A stretch of DNA of 64,000 bases. It comes from a virus. Of the stretch, positions 56,401-64,000 are shown piece after piece. The position numbers and the translations under genes were made by a program. Each line of letters starts with the position of its first letter. The first letter of the stretch is position 1. The notes below the pieces were generated by a model. It saw only the letters and a list, made by a program, of their open reading frames with translations. It did not search any database and had not been told where the DNA came from. The stretch covers positions 1 through 64,000 of IMG/VR virus record IMGVR_UViG_3300039190_000120. One strand, 5' to 3'.

Positions 56401-56967
56401 CTACTCGTTGATTATCTCGTAACACTGTCTACACAGGGCTTCGTACAGATCCCCAGAGCCCTCTACAATGCGTGAGGAAGACTCTACTTTCAGGTGATTG
56501 CGTAAGGCCGGGTTTCCACAACGGGTGCAGATAGCCAGCATCTTACTGACGTACTCTGCTTCGGCCATCAGGCCTAGTGTGGTTTCAAAGGGCTCTTTAC
56601 GGAAGTCTTGGTCGAGCCCCGCACAGATGATGCGCTTACCGGCCAGAGCCCACGAGCGGCATACTTCCACGAGGTCGGTATCAAAGAACTGCACCTCGTC
56701 AATGCCCACTACCTCTACGGTCCGGTTCTCTGACAGGAGGCGGTCAACGTCTTCGGCGCTCTCTACGTAGTGACCCGTAAGGGATTGCTCCGTATGCGTA
56801 GTGATAGCGCCCTTCTCGTACCGGGCATCCTTACTGAATGCTACCACATCTTGGTTAGCTATCAAAGCCCTTTCCAGCCGCCTCAGGAGTTCGGTAGACT
56901 TGCCACCAAACATGGTGCCCGTTACTACTTCAATCCAGCCTCTATTTTGTCCGGGTCTAATGTCCAT
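56401..56967 (-). CDS. tdk: thymidine kinase
   Basis: GTMFGGKSTELL, IDEVQFF, GLDQDF, CTRC...YEALCRQC. Confidence 0.95.
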   Translation of the reverse strand: MDIRPGQNRGWIEVVTGTMFGGKSTELLRRLERALIANQDVVAFSKDARYEKGAITTHTEQSLTGHYVESAEDVDRLLSENRTVEVVGIDEVQFFDTDLVEVCRSWALAGKRIICAGLDQDFRKEPFETTLGLMAEAEYVSKMLAICTRCGNPALRNHLKVESSSRIVEGSGDLYEALCRQCYEIINE

Positions 56968-56976
56968 AGTCGTCTC

Positions 56977-57426
56977 TCAGAGAATCACAGTCTGTTCGGA
57001 GTCGGGGTTGGTCGTGCCAATGATACAGGTGGTGTCATCCCCTTTGGTACCGCCTACAATGATCGTATTGCGGCGAATGCGGGGGTGAGCATAGAAACGG
57101 TGTCCCAAGAAGGTACCGGAGTAGCCTTTATCAGGATCGTGATGTTCGATAGAGATGGCGTCTGAGCAGTGGAGCCGCAGCAGGTAGTAGATCTTGCTGT
57201 GCATGAAGATCCCCAGCTTGTCGAGCCCGGTAGTACCCTCTGCGAGGTCGAGCAGATTCAAAAAGGTTGCCAGCAAGACAGACCGGTTCTGGAACGCCTC
57301 AGGCTTGATACGACGATACTGTTTACGCTGTGATCCTGCGTGTAGCAGCGCCGTGAGGGACGTGCTGGCTTCGGGGAAGGTTTTGACTTCCATCTGGAAA
57401 GTAGGGCTAACCAGATCCATACTCAA
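56977..57426 (-). CDS. hypothetical protein
   Basis: AGGAG RBS; TAATCCATTTGT motif at 57455-57466. Confidence 0.6.
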   Translation of the reverse strand: MSMDLVSPTFQMEVKTFPEASTSLTALLHAGSQRKQYRRIKPEAFQNRSVLLATFLNLLDLAEGTTGLDKLGIFMHSKIYYLLRLHCSDAISIEHHDPDKGYSGTFLGHRFYAHPRIRRNTIIVGGTKGDDTTCIIGTTNPDSEQTVIL

Positions 57427-57486
57427 CTCCTAGTAGATACTATTCATAGTGATAACAAATGGATTATCTGCGATATTCTCGGGTGA

Positions 57487-57654
57487 TCACCCAAAAAGAT
57501 CGCCAAAGCCCACTTCTTCGGGCTCTTCGGCGTCAGTATCGGCATCCTCAAAGCCTGATCGTCGAGCCGTGAAGCCAACTCTATCTACAGAAGTGGGGGC
57601 ACAAAAGACAACCAGATGTTCACCGTCACCGTCATATGTGTCCGGTGTGATCAT
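57487..57654 (-). CDS. 55-aa third copy of the methylase-derived N-terminus with acidic tail (not in ORF track)
   Basis: GEHLVVFCAPTSVDRVGFTARRSGFE vs GEHLVLLVDPTSVDKAGFSARRAGLE; ATGA-coupled. Confidence 0.7.
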   Translation of the reverse strand: MITPDTYDGDGEHLVVFCAPTSVDRVGFTARRSGFEDADTDAEEPEEVGFGDLFG

Positions 57655-57899
57655 CTGTCCTTCACCAAGTGATCTGGCATTCGGAAAGAGTATGAAGTGC
57701 CCTTCTCGTCAGACTCGACTACGACGTCCCAGCCAGCCTCTTCATAGCGATCTAGTAAGGGGCTTATAGACTCAGGGTTCATTGTGAGCGGCACGTAGCA
57801 CACCGGATCTATTGCCCACTCATGACTTCTGAGGTAGGCGTCAATGGTCTGTTCCCAGAGCAGATAATTTCGGTGTGCTACTTGGTGTGGGTGAATCAT
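57651..57899 (-). CDS. hypothetical protein
   Basis: ATGA overlaps on both sides. Confidence 0.6.
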   Translation of the reverse strand: MIHPHQVAHRNYLLWEQTIDAYLRSHEWAIDPVCYVPLTMNPESISPLLDRYEEAGWDVVVESDEKGTSYSFRMPDHLVKDR

Positions 57900-58493
57900 T
57901 CAGAGTCCTCAGGGTAGCATGAATTCATGAACATATCATCTTGCGGAAGATCCCCCAGCTTCCACTTCTGGACGAGACGTACTGGATAGTAGATTTCCCC
58001 ACTGTAGCTCTCATAGGGGTCATCCGTGAAGAACCTCGCTTCGGGGTCCACGGGGTCGTTATTGAAGCCCTTGTAGACCTCGAAAGTCTCTTCGTCTAGG
58101 TCTACGACGTAGGCCCACTCGCAAAAGAGACTGTCCCTAGCGAAGTCGAGGGAGTCGGTAACAGGCACCTCTCCCTCACTCTCCTGAATGTAGGGGAGAA
58201 TGTCGGTACCCATATCACGGTGGAGAGAGGGCCAACGCTCTTTGAAGGTGTCGGACTGCTCCATCGTAGCCCTTCCGTCTTTAGCGCCCACCTGAGCCCA
58301 TCGCTTCTGTAAGTCTCCATGAATCGTCTTCACGTTCTGGAGACCGGCCTCGAACTGGTCACGATCGAACTCGTCTCGTAGGAAATGCAGCGCCTGAATA
58401 CCTTGACCACCGGGATAACCGTCCCACTGGCAGTATTTGGCGACCACATACTCCCCCGTCCTTCACAACGCACGTCAGATTTCTCGTACCCAT
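57896..58493 (-). CDS. phage hypothetical protein (MGTR...WDGYP...EWAY) with +1 break in a G5 run
   Basis: AGGAG plus ATG 58493 MGTRNLTCVVKDG; removing one G at 58453-58457 gives DGEYVVAKYCQWDGYP. Confidence 0.75.
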
Positions 58494-58538
58494 ACTGATT
58501 CTCCTACCACGTAGTAAGTATCCTAAAACCTACCACAT

Positions 58539-58567
58539 TACGTACCAAAACTTTGGAGGCTCGTCAA
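58539..58567 (-). promoter_or_regulatory. sigma70-like promoter
   Basis: TTGACG-17 nt ending TGG-TACGTA. Confidence 0.6.
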
Positions 58568-58569
58568 GG

Positions 58570-58713
58570 CTACTCTGCGGGAGGGGGAGTCATAATGAGG
58601 GCAATCTCGTCCTCGTCAAAACCGTAGCTGTCGAGGATAGTAGGTATGTCCGGCACGTCTTTGAGTACGTCCTGACAGGCACCAATACTCAGGTCTATTT
58701 TGATAGTCTTCAT
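58570..58713 (-). CDS. 47-aa hypothetical protein
   Basis: MKTIKIDLSIG...PPPAE; weak RBS. Confidence 0.35.
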   Translation of the reverse strand: MKTIKIDLSIGACQDVLKDVPDIPTILDSYGFDEDEIALIMTPPPAE

Positions 58714-58778
58714 ATGTCGAGCCTAAGATCCGCTAATAATCTGTTTATGAGGACCGGAAGTAGTAGGTAGATAGTCCC

Positions 58779-59438
58779 TTGGAACGCCAAAAGGTAAGAC
58801 ACGTCATGGACCAACTCAAGATCTCAGTATCATCTCTTCCGGGCCACGAGCGATCTCTGTACGATCATAGCATCAAGATGGCGTACTCGCAAGAGTCCCT
58901 TCGCCCCTATCTTCTCCCGATCATCAAAGAGGCTGCAAGGTCCATCGGCCTCAACAAGCTCAAACAGCTTCACGAGAAGAGGGGCACATTTGCTATCCTC
59001 TCGGCGTACCGTCCTCTCTCCAAGAGCGAGAACCAAGACCGGCATGGCGAGTTGATCCGGGACCTACAAATCATGGGGTACCGTAAGTGGTATGACGCCA
59101 AGGGCTACTGGACACATACAGAGAAGAGCCTCTTGGTTCCAAAAATGAACTTCGGGGACGCCATGCAGATGGGACACAAGTACGACCAAGATGCTGTTGT
59201 GTTTAAGTCTATGGACGGTATTATCGGGATCTACTACATGGCTGATCGTACGGTTCAGTTGGTAGGCCCTGATATTGAGATGGAAGCGGAAGACGATGAT
59301 GCTATCACCAACTTCCGTAACACCGGACTCACGTACGACCTGTATGACGAGCGCATTCCCTTCCGTGGCCCCGTCACGAAGAAGTACCTTGAGCAGAAAG
59401 GGTATGCAGACGACTATCCCGGCCTGATGGCTATGTAA
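58779..59438 (+). CDS. DUF3293-like protein with N-terminal leader
   Basis: FAILSAYR, EN..R..EL..DL, G.W..EKS..V, G.KY.QDAV; TAATCTGTTTAT at 58737-58748. Confidence 0.65.
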   Translation: MERQKVRHVMDQLKISVSSLPGHERSLYDHSIKMAYSQESLRPYLLPIIKEAARSIGLNKLKQLHEKRGTFAILSAYRPLSKSENQDRHGELIRDLQIMGYRKWYDAKGYWTHTEKSLLVPKMNFGDAMQMGHKYDQDAVVFKSMDGIIGIYYMADRTVQLVGPDIEMEAEDDDAITNFRNTGLTYDLYDERIPFRGPVTKKYLEQKGYADDYPGLMAM

Positions 59439-60048
59439 CAGTCGCTGTGAAGACGTCCGGGCCTTCCAGAACCTGACCACGCACAAACGAAGATCCACCC
59501 TCAAATAGGAGAAGCTCTTGCTCATTGAATACGAGCAGGACTTCTCCTATTGGGTTTGACCTCACCTCGGTTAGCGTGGCCCCCAGCAAGGGTGTGAGCG
59601 TATGTGCCACCTGAGGACTGTCTTCTTCGGAGGTAGCCCAGACACGCACGTCATCGTCCTTTAGCAGCTCAGAGCGGCTACGGTCCAGATAGACGAGATG
59701 CTTTCGGCTCTCATATACATTGAACCGGATAGGCGTATCCATCTGGTCCTGAGGCTCGAAGTACAGGAGAAGTGCCTCGTCATAGGTCTCGAAACCGTAG
59801 AGCCGGTGGCCCAACGTGGTCACAACCGTCTGGACGTACCTGTACTTATCGCCAGTGGCCCCGAAGGGAAGCCACTTGACCTCTCGAAAGGTGGTAGCAG
59901 GGTTGGAGCCGGGCCATGATAAGGTCCGACCCGTATGTCCCTTACTCTCCATCGCCTCACGTACGAGATCTTCTACCTCGTCATCATCGAGGCCGTGGTA
60001 GCTAAGAGGCTCCCCGTTCCGCAATCGTTTTTTATTTAGCTCGTCCAC
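59431..60048 (-). CDS. hypothetical protein
   Basis: GAGG plus GTG start; promoter upstream. Confidence 0.65.
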   Translation of the reverse strand: MDELNKKRLRNGEPLSYHGLDDDEVEDLVREAMESKGHTGRTLSWPGSNPATTFREVKWLPFGATGDKYRYVQTVVTTLGHRLYGFETYDEALLLYFEPQDQMDTPIRFNVYESRKHLVYLDRSRSELLKDDDVRVWATSEEDSPQVAHTLTPLLGATLTEVRSNPIGEVLLVFNEQELLLFEGGSSFVRGQVLEGPDVFTATVT

Positions 60049-60088
60049 AGCGTACTGCCTCAGTCTTCTAGGTATACAGTCCCAATGG

Positions 60089-60117
60089 AATATACCCTAG
60101 TAACGGGTGGGCGTCAA
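60089..60117 (-). promoter_or_regulatory. sigma70-like promoter
   Basis: TTGACG-17 nt ending GGG-TATATT. Confidence 0.7.
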
Positions 60118-60963
60118 ACAAGTTAGACCCGTGAGGTACTGTTGAAGGTCGTCTAGTGTGGTTGCCTGCTTGAAGAACCGGGAGGCACCTCCCTCGTCTC
60201 CGTACCGTGACATATTCCGGTCAGGCCCCATCTCATAGGCATTCGCATCGTAGGAGTCGGCTACCACGGCTGTAGAGCCATCTCTAGCATGACCGGCTGC
60301 GTGCATCCCACCTGCCAAGCTCTGGACGTCTAGGTGCCTCACGGGACACGAGGATTGGCATCTCCAGTCGGCTACCTCCTCTTTTCCGTAGTCTGAGGGG
60401 TCGGTGTAAAACGGAATTGAACCTTCAAACTTCTGATCCGACGATCCAAACCCCACGCCCCGTTCAGTGGTACCTTCATCCTCACCACCACGACCGGGTT
60501 GGTTGGAGGCTTTCACCTTCTTCGTACCAACGCACTCACAGTTGGGACCGTGAAGCAAGAGCACATTCGAGGGGAACCTACCCAGAGACTCCGCTCTCTT
60601 GACCTTCTCGACGGCCTCCACCTTTCGTGCCTCCAGCACCTCTTCATCGTGCATCCAAGGGCGATCACCATACAGCTCGCTGCGTTTCCCGTTCGCAGTG
60701 TCCCCGCCGTCTAGTGAATCAGTGGTGCTAATACGGCCAGCATCAATGTCAAGGTAGCCGGTGCCACCACGAACCACTTGACCCACGATGGTGTCCTCAA
60801 GAGGTCTTCGGAGTAGGAGCCCCATCATTGGTCCTAATGGACCAAGAATAGAGAAGCAATCCCGTACCTCTAGTCCAGCACGTCTGGCAGAGAAGCCTGC
60901 CTTATCGACAGAGGTGGGGTCTACTAAAAGCACCAGATGTTCACCGGGTACTAAGTCATTCAT
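60097..60963 (-). CDS. second DNA-methyltransferase-derived protein lacking catalytic motifs
   Basis: same motif series and end points as 55318-56115. Confidence 0.7.
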   Translation of the reverse strand: MNDLVPGEHLVLLVDPTSVDKAGFSARRAGLEVRDCFSILGPLGPMMGLLLRRPLEDTIVGQVVRGGTGYLDIDAGRISTTDSLDGGDTANGKRSELYGDRPWMHDEEVLEARKVEAVEKVKRAESLGRFPSNVLLLHGPNCECVGTKKVKASNQPGRGGEDEGTTERGVGFGSSDQKFEGSIPFYTDPSDYGKEEVADWRCQSSCPVRHLDVQSLAGGMHAAGHARDGSTAVVADSYDANAYEMGPDRNMSRYGDEGGASRFFKQATTLDDLQQYLTGLTCLTPTRY

Positions 60964-61546
60964 CCCCGAACCTCTCAACAAATACAGGTGTCCTCTCCCC
61001 ATAATAGGCCCCGATCACGTTGTATTCAAAGAACTCAGTAGCCTCGGAGCGAGACATTGTATCCCGTTCCATGAGGATCTCGATACAGGCGTCGTAATCG
61101 TAAGCGACCAGAGGGTCCGAACCGGCTCGACGTGAGACACCTAAGATAGCCTCGTCAAAGCCGTCCGCAAACCACAGATCATCATACTCCTGTGCTAATC
61201 GCTCTCGCCGGGTGGGAGGTGGCTCCTCTACCTGAAACAGCTCGTGTATCGTATCCTCTGTGATCCTATTTGCCAACTCGTGACGACCTCCAGCCGTCTT
61301 GAGAAGCTCATAGATCTGGGGGGTTGCCCCGCTTTCCTTTAGCTGTGTAAGACTCACTTCCCACCTATACTCCGCACTAGAGTCACAAAACCCGATGGTC
61401 CGGGCAGCCGGGTTATCACTACAATATATCCGGGACCCCGTAGTCCTAGCATGGTCGTAAGCCATCTGTACTAACCGATCCCCCGCCTTGCTTGACTCAC
61501 GGAACACACTGTAGGCCTCGTCCACGTCAAAGTAGTTGCGAATCAT
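60956..61546 (-). CDS. two-domain phage hypothetical protein
   Basis: C-terminal ADGFDEAILG...EA.EFFEYN.IGAY.GE.TPVF. Confidence 0.7.
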   Translation of the reverse strand: MIRNYFDVDEAYSVFRESSKAGDRLVQMAYDHARTTGSRIYCSDNPAARTIGFCDSSAEYRWEVSLTQLKESGATPQIYELLKTAGGRHELANRITEDTIHELFQVEEPPPTRRERLAQEYDDLWFADGFDEAILGVSRRAGSDPLVAYDYDACIEILMERDTMSRSEATEFFEYNVIGAYYGERTPVFVERFGDE

Positions 61547-62046
61547 TCGTCCTCCAAGGATACACCCAGCTCCGCAGCCATTTTCTCGTAAGCATCTGAG
61601 AGGTAGGAAGCACGAGTCACGTAGGTGTCAGCACCAACCGTAGCAGTAAGCTGGAAGCCTACAGTCCTCGTGTTGTAAGGCTGGCCGTCTTTGAGCCTCT
61701 TTTCCAGGATCTGGGCGATACTGCTCACACGTCGTTTCAGTTCGTCAAGATCCATCGTTTTCTCCTCTTCAAACTTCTCTTTGATTGCCAAATACAGAGC
61801 GTCGTCTAGGGGGAGGGAGTCGGGGAACACAACGTCTATGATGCGGCTTAATTCAGCCTGTAAGCTCTTGATGTGCTGGTCGGCATACCCGACACCACCC
61901 TCTAAGGCACGGATACGTTTAAGTGCCCGCTGGAGAAGGGGATCTGAGGCTCGACCCTCCAACGCCTCTTCTATGGCAGCGCCGCACTCGACGTCATGTA
62001 ATCCTTCAAGGTCTAGTTGATCATCCATTTGAAGCCTCAGGTACAA
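61543..62046 (-). CDS. hypothetical protein
   Basis: operon position; start uncertain. Confidence 0.6.
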   Translation of the reverse strand: MYLRLQMDDQLDLEGLHDVECGAAIEEALEGRASDPLLQRALKRIRALEGGVGYADQHIKSLQAELSRIIDVVFPDSLPLDDALYLAIKEKFEEEKTMDLDELKRRVSSIAQILEKRLKDGQPYNTRTVGFQLTATVGADTYVTRASYLSDAYEKMAAELGVSLEDE

Positions 62047-62416
62047 CTACAGGGAAGTCCCGTCTAGGTTCAGGCACGCCGTCGTCTGAGATATATAGGT
62101 ATCCCAGCTCATGCCACCACGCCTTGGTAATGGTTCCACCGAAACAGGTGTTCACGTAGCGAATATCGAGAGGCCCTTCGTGACCCCGGAGGGCCTCGAT
62201 TACCTCCCGTGTTGAGTAGGCGGGAGGATCGCCCCTGTCAAAGGCACGATCATACATGTAGTTCCTCGAATCTTTGTACTCGACCCACAGGACGTCCTCC
62301 CTCCATTCGAGAGACAGTACGACACCCGATATTTCTCTATCCATGCTGATGAAGACAAAGCGGTGATCCGGCTTATCAGATTGCTCCAATACTTCAATGA
62401 ATTCCGATACGTCCAT
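62021..62416 (-). CDS. hypothetical protein with two internal repeat units
   Basis: VSEFIEVL..G...W...L.V and TREVIEAL..G...W...L.I. Confidence 0.6.
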   Translation of the reverse strand: MDVSEFIEVLEQSDKPDHRFVFISMDREISGVVLSLEWREDVLWVEYKDSRNYMYDRAFDRGDPPAYSTREVIEALRGHEGPLDIRYVNTCFGGTITKAWWHELGYLYISDDGVPEPRRDFPVVVPEASNG

Positions 62417-62420
62417 GACT

Positions 62421-64000
62421 TTACTCCCCTTGGCGAATCTCTACCGGCTGGCGGTTCCAGCGAATGAGGTGGCCTCTCTTGATGATCTGGTAGCCCTTGT
62501 TACCGCGCTTCGTCGGCTTGTACGTCTGGTGAGTAACCATGCGCTCCGCACCACGATTTGTCTCGACGTGTAGATTGGCCCCCTGATTCTCCCCACAAAG
62601 GGTGTAGGCCAGTACCTCGTCCTTATCTGCAAGGCTGATCGCCTTCACGCCTTTGCCAGCTCCCTTGTAGAGCTTGACCTCTTCTGCATCGAAGGTTGTA
62701 CCCCTACCACCGTGGGTAGCAAGCACCACATAGTCCTCAGGCCTAACGAGGCAGCAGTTTATCACGGCATCATCGTCATCGAGCCGCTGGTACGTTCGTC
62801 CAACCGTGGTCGACGGATCTGTGAAGCCTTCTAGGTCAAAGCGGACAGCACTGCCACTCTTGGTGACGGCCAACATAATCGCATCCACCGGGTCGGTAGA
62901 GGCGGGTAATACGAGGTCGTCAATAGTCACCACGTTGACGACACGCTCACCGTCCTCAAAAGAGAACATGGCTTGGATGGGATCTCCATAGCCCGTGGTC
63001 AAGGGGAGGTCCGCAACACGAGCTGTGTAGCACTTACCTGCCGACGTGAAGAAGAGGGCGGTATCCTTAGTGTTGCCGGGGAGTACCCAACCAATCTCGT
63101 CATTGTCTCGGCAGCGAAGACTGGTGAGGTCGCCGTACGACTTCTGGGTACGCACCCAACCGTCACGTGATACGATTACATTCACGTCCTCCGACTCAAT
63201 GTAGTCCTCTTCGTTGAAGTCGAAGTCATTGACCTCCACTTCGACGGACGTGCGCCTCTTGTCCCCATACGCTCGTGAGAGTTCTCTCAGCTCGGAGCGG
63301 ATAAGGGACCAGACAGCTTCATCATCGTCGAGGACCTTCCGTACCTGCTTGGCCTCACTCCTCTTGGCAGCCAGCTCGTCCAATACGCTCTGCTTCTCAG
63401 TGTTCGCCAGACGGTAGATAGGAAGAGAGATGATCGCCTCTGCCTGATCTTCGTCGAAGTCAAAGGCTTCCTTCACCGCTGTGCGGGCTTCCCCCTTGGA
63501 GGACGCCGACTGGACGATCTTCAAGAGCTTCTGGGTGTTACTGAAGGCCACCTCGTAGGCTTCGAGCACGTGGATACGCCGCTCTAGTCCGTCAAGTTGG
63601 TGCTGGAGTCTGCGGGTCGTCACCTCGAAGCGGAAGTCGAGGAATGCCTGCAAGATCTCTTTGAGGTCTGCCCTCTTGGGCTCAGGAACCGGCAACTCGT
63701 CCGTGGGGAACAGGCAAGTGAGGTTCATGTGGAAGCGATCTTCCAGTGGAGTCTTCTTGAAGAGGTAGGCCAGTGCCGCCTCGTGGTCAGCTCCCCTCTT
63801 GAGTTCGAGGACAATACGCACCTCGTCTGTGCTCTCGTCCCTCACGTCTGTCACCTGAGGGAGGTCGGAAGTAGCCACGTGAGAAGCAATCTTCTCGATC
63901 ATGCTACTCTTGTTGGCTGCGTACGGGATTTCAGTGATGATAATGGCCTTCTTGCCCCGGCCCATATCTTCGATTTCCCGCTTAGCCCGGATGGTGAACG
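62421..64000 (-). CDS. gyrA: DNA gyrase/topoisomerase IV subunit A, C-terminal part (runs off the window)
   Basis: IITEIPY..NK, VRDES, QAEAI..L.I.RL, YGDKRRT, beta-pinwheel repeats. Confidence 0.92.
   Translation of the reverse strand, partial: FTIRAKREIEDMGRGKKAIIITEIPYAANKSSMIEKIASHVATSDLPQVTDVRDESTDEVRIVLELKRGADHEAALAYLFKKTPLEDRFHMNLTCLFPTDELPVPEPKRADLKEILQAFLDFRFEVTTRRLQHQLDGLERRIHVLEAYEVAFSNTQKLLKIVQSASSKGEARTAVKEAFDFDEDQAEAIISLPIYRLANTEKQSVLDELAAKRSEAKQVRKVLDDDEAVWSLIRSELRELSRAYGDKRRTSVEVEVNDFDFNEEDYIESEDVNVIVSRDGWVRTQKSYGDLTSLRCRDNDEIGWVLPGNTKDTALFFTSAGKCYTARVADLPLTTGYGDPIQAMFSFEDGERVVNVVTIDDLVLPASTDPVDAIMLAVTKSGSAVRFDLEGFTDPSTTVGRTYQRLDDDDAVINCCLVRPEDYVVLATHGGRGTTFDAEEVKLYKGAGKGVKAISLADKDEVLAYTLCGENQGANLHVETNRGAERMVTHQTYKPTKRGNKGYQIIKRGHLIRWNRQPVEIRQGE

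Noticed and set aside
1-64000. CRISPR array, tRNA or rRNA genes
   Set aside because: No regularly spaced repeats or cloverleaf signatures seen; intergenic gaps are short and mostly explained by promoters and terminators. A covariance-model scan would be needed to exclude small RNAs.
1-64000. Alternative genetic code (stop-codon reassignment)
   Set aside because: Long genes are intact under the standard code, and TAA, TAG and TGA all end genes at tight junctions.

Overview
This window is a gene-dense fragment of a large lytic tailed phage (myovirus/jumbo-type; acidic proteome, standard genetic code). From 8.4 to 47.4 kb the minus strand carries a contractile-tail module: tube, two chaperone-like genes, tape measure, two tube-initiator-like paralogs, a hub fused to a lytic transglycosylase, a spike, a 2308-aa protein, and gp25-like, J-like and I-like baseplate proteins. 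Accessory genes interrupt this module. The flanks encode nucleic-acid functions: a split Pnkp (kinase and phosphatase), an Rnl1-type RNA ligase, a degenerate Tpt1/KptA, a cyclic-phosphate receiver-like protein, topoisomerase IB, GyrA/ParC, Tdk, Tmk, thioredoxin, RlpA, a GIY-YIG endonuclease and a LAGLIDADG intein. The most unusual signals are: (1) a shared N-terminal leader and a KVxxxYL motif on unrelated, dispersed proteins, a candidate virion-loading signal; (2) five tandem MPL(L/I)H paralogs with a hypervariable middle, coupled to the receiver-like gene inside the tail operon; (3) a 39-aa peptide with a lasso/RRE-type leader and a 4-Cys core overlapping a methyltransferase gene; (4) three DNA-methylase derivatives lacking both catalytic motifs; (5) a stand-alone EF-Tu domain-III-like protein. 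Two promoter classes can be read from the sequence. Four apparent +1 frame breaks may be assembly errors. No tRNA, rRNA or CRISPR array was seen. All family assignments come from motif recognition by eye; no database searches were run.
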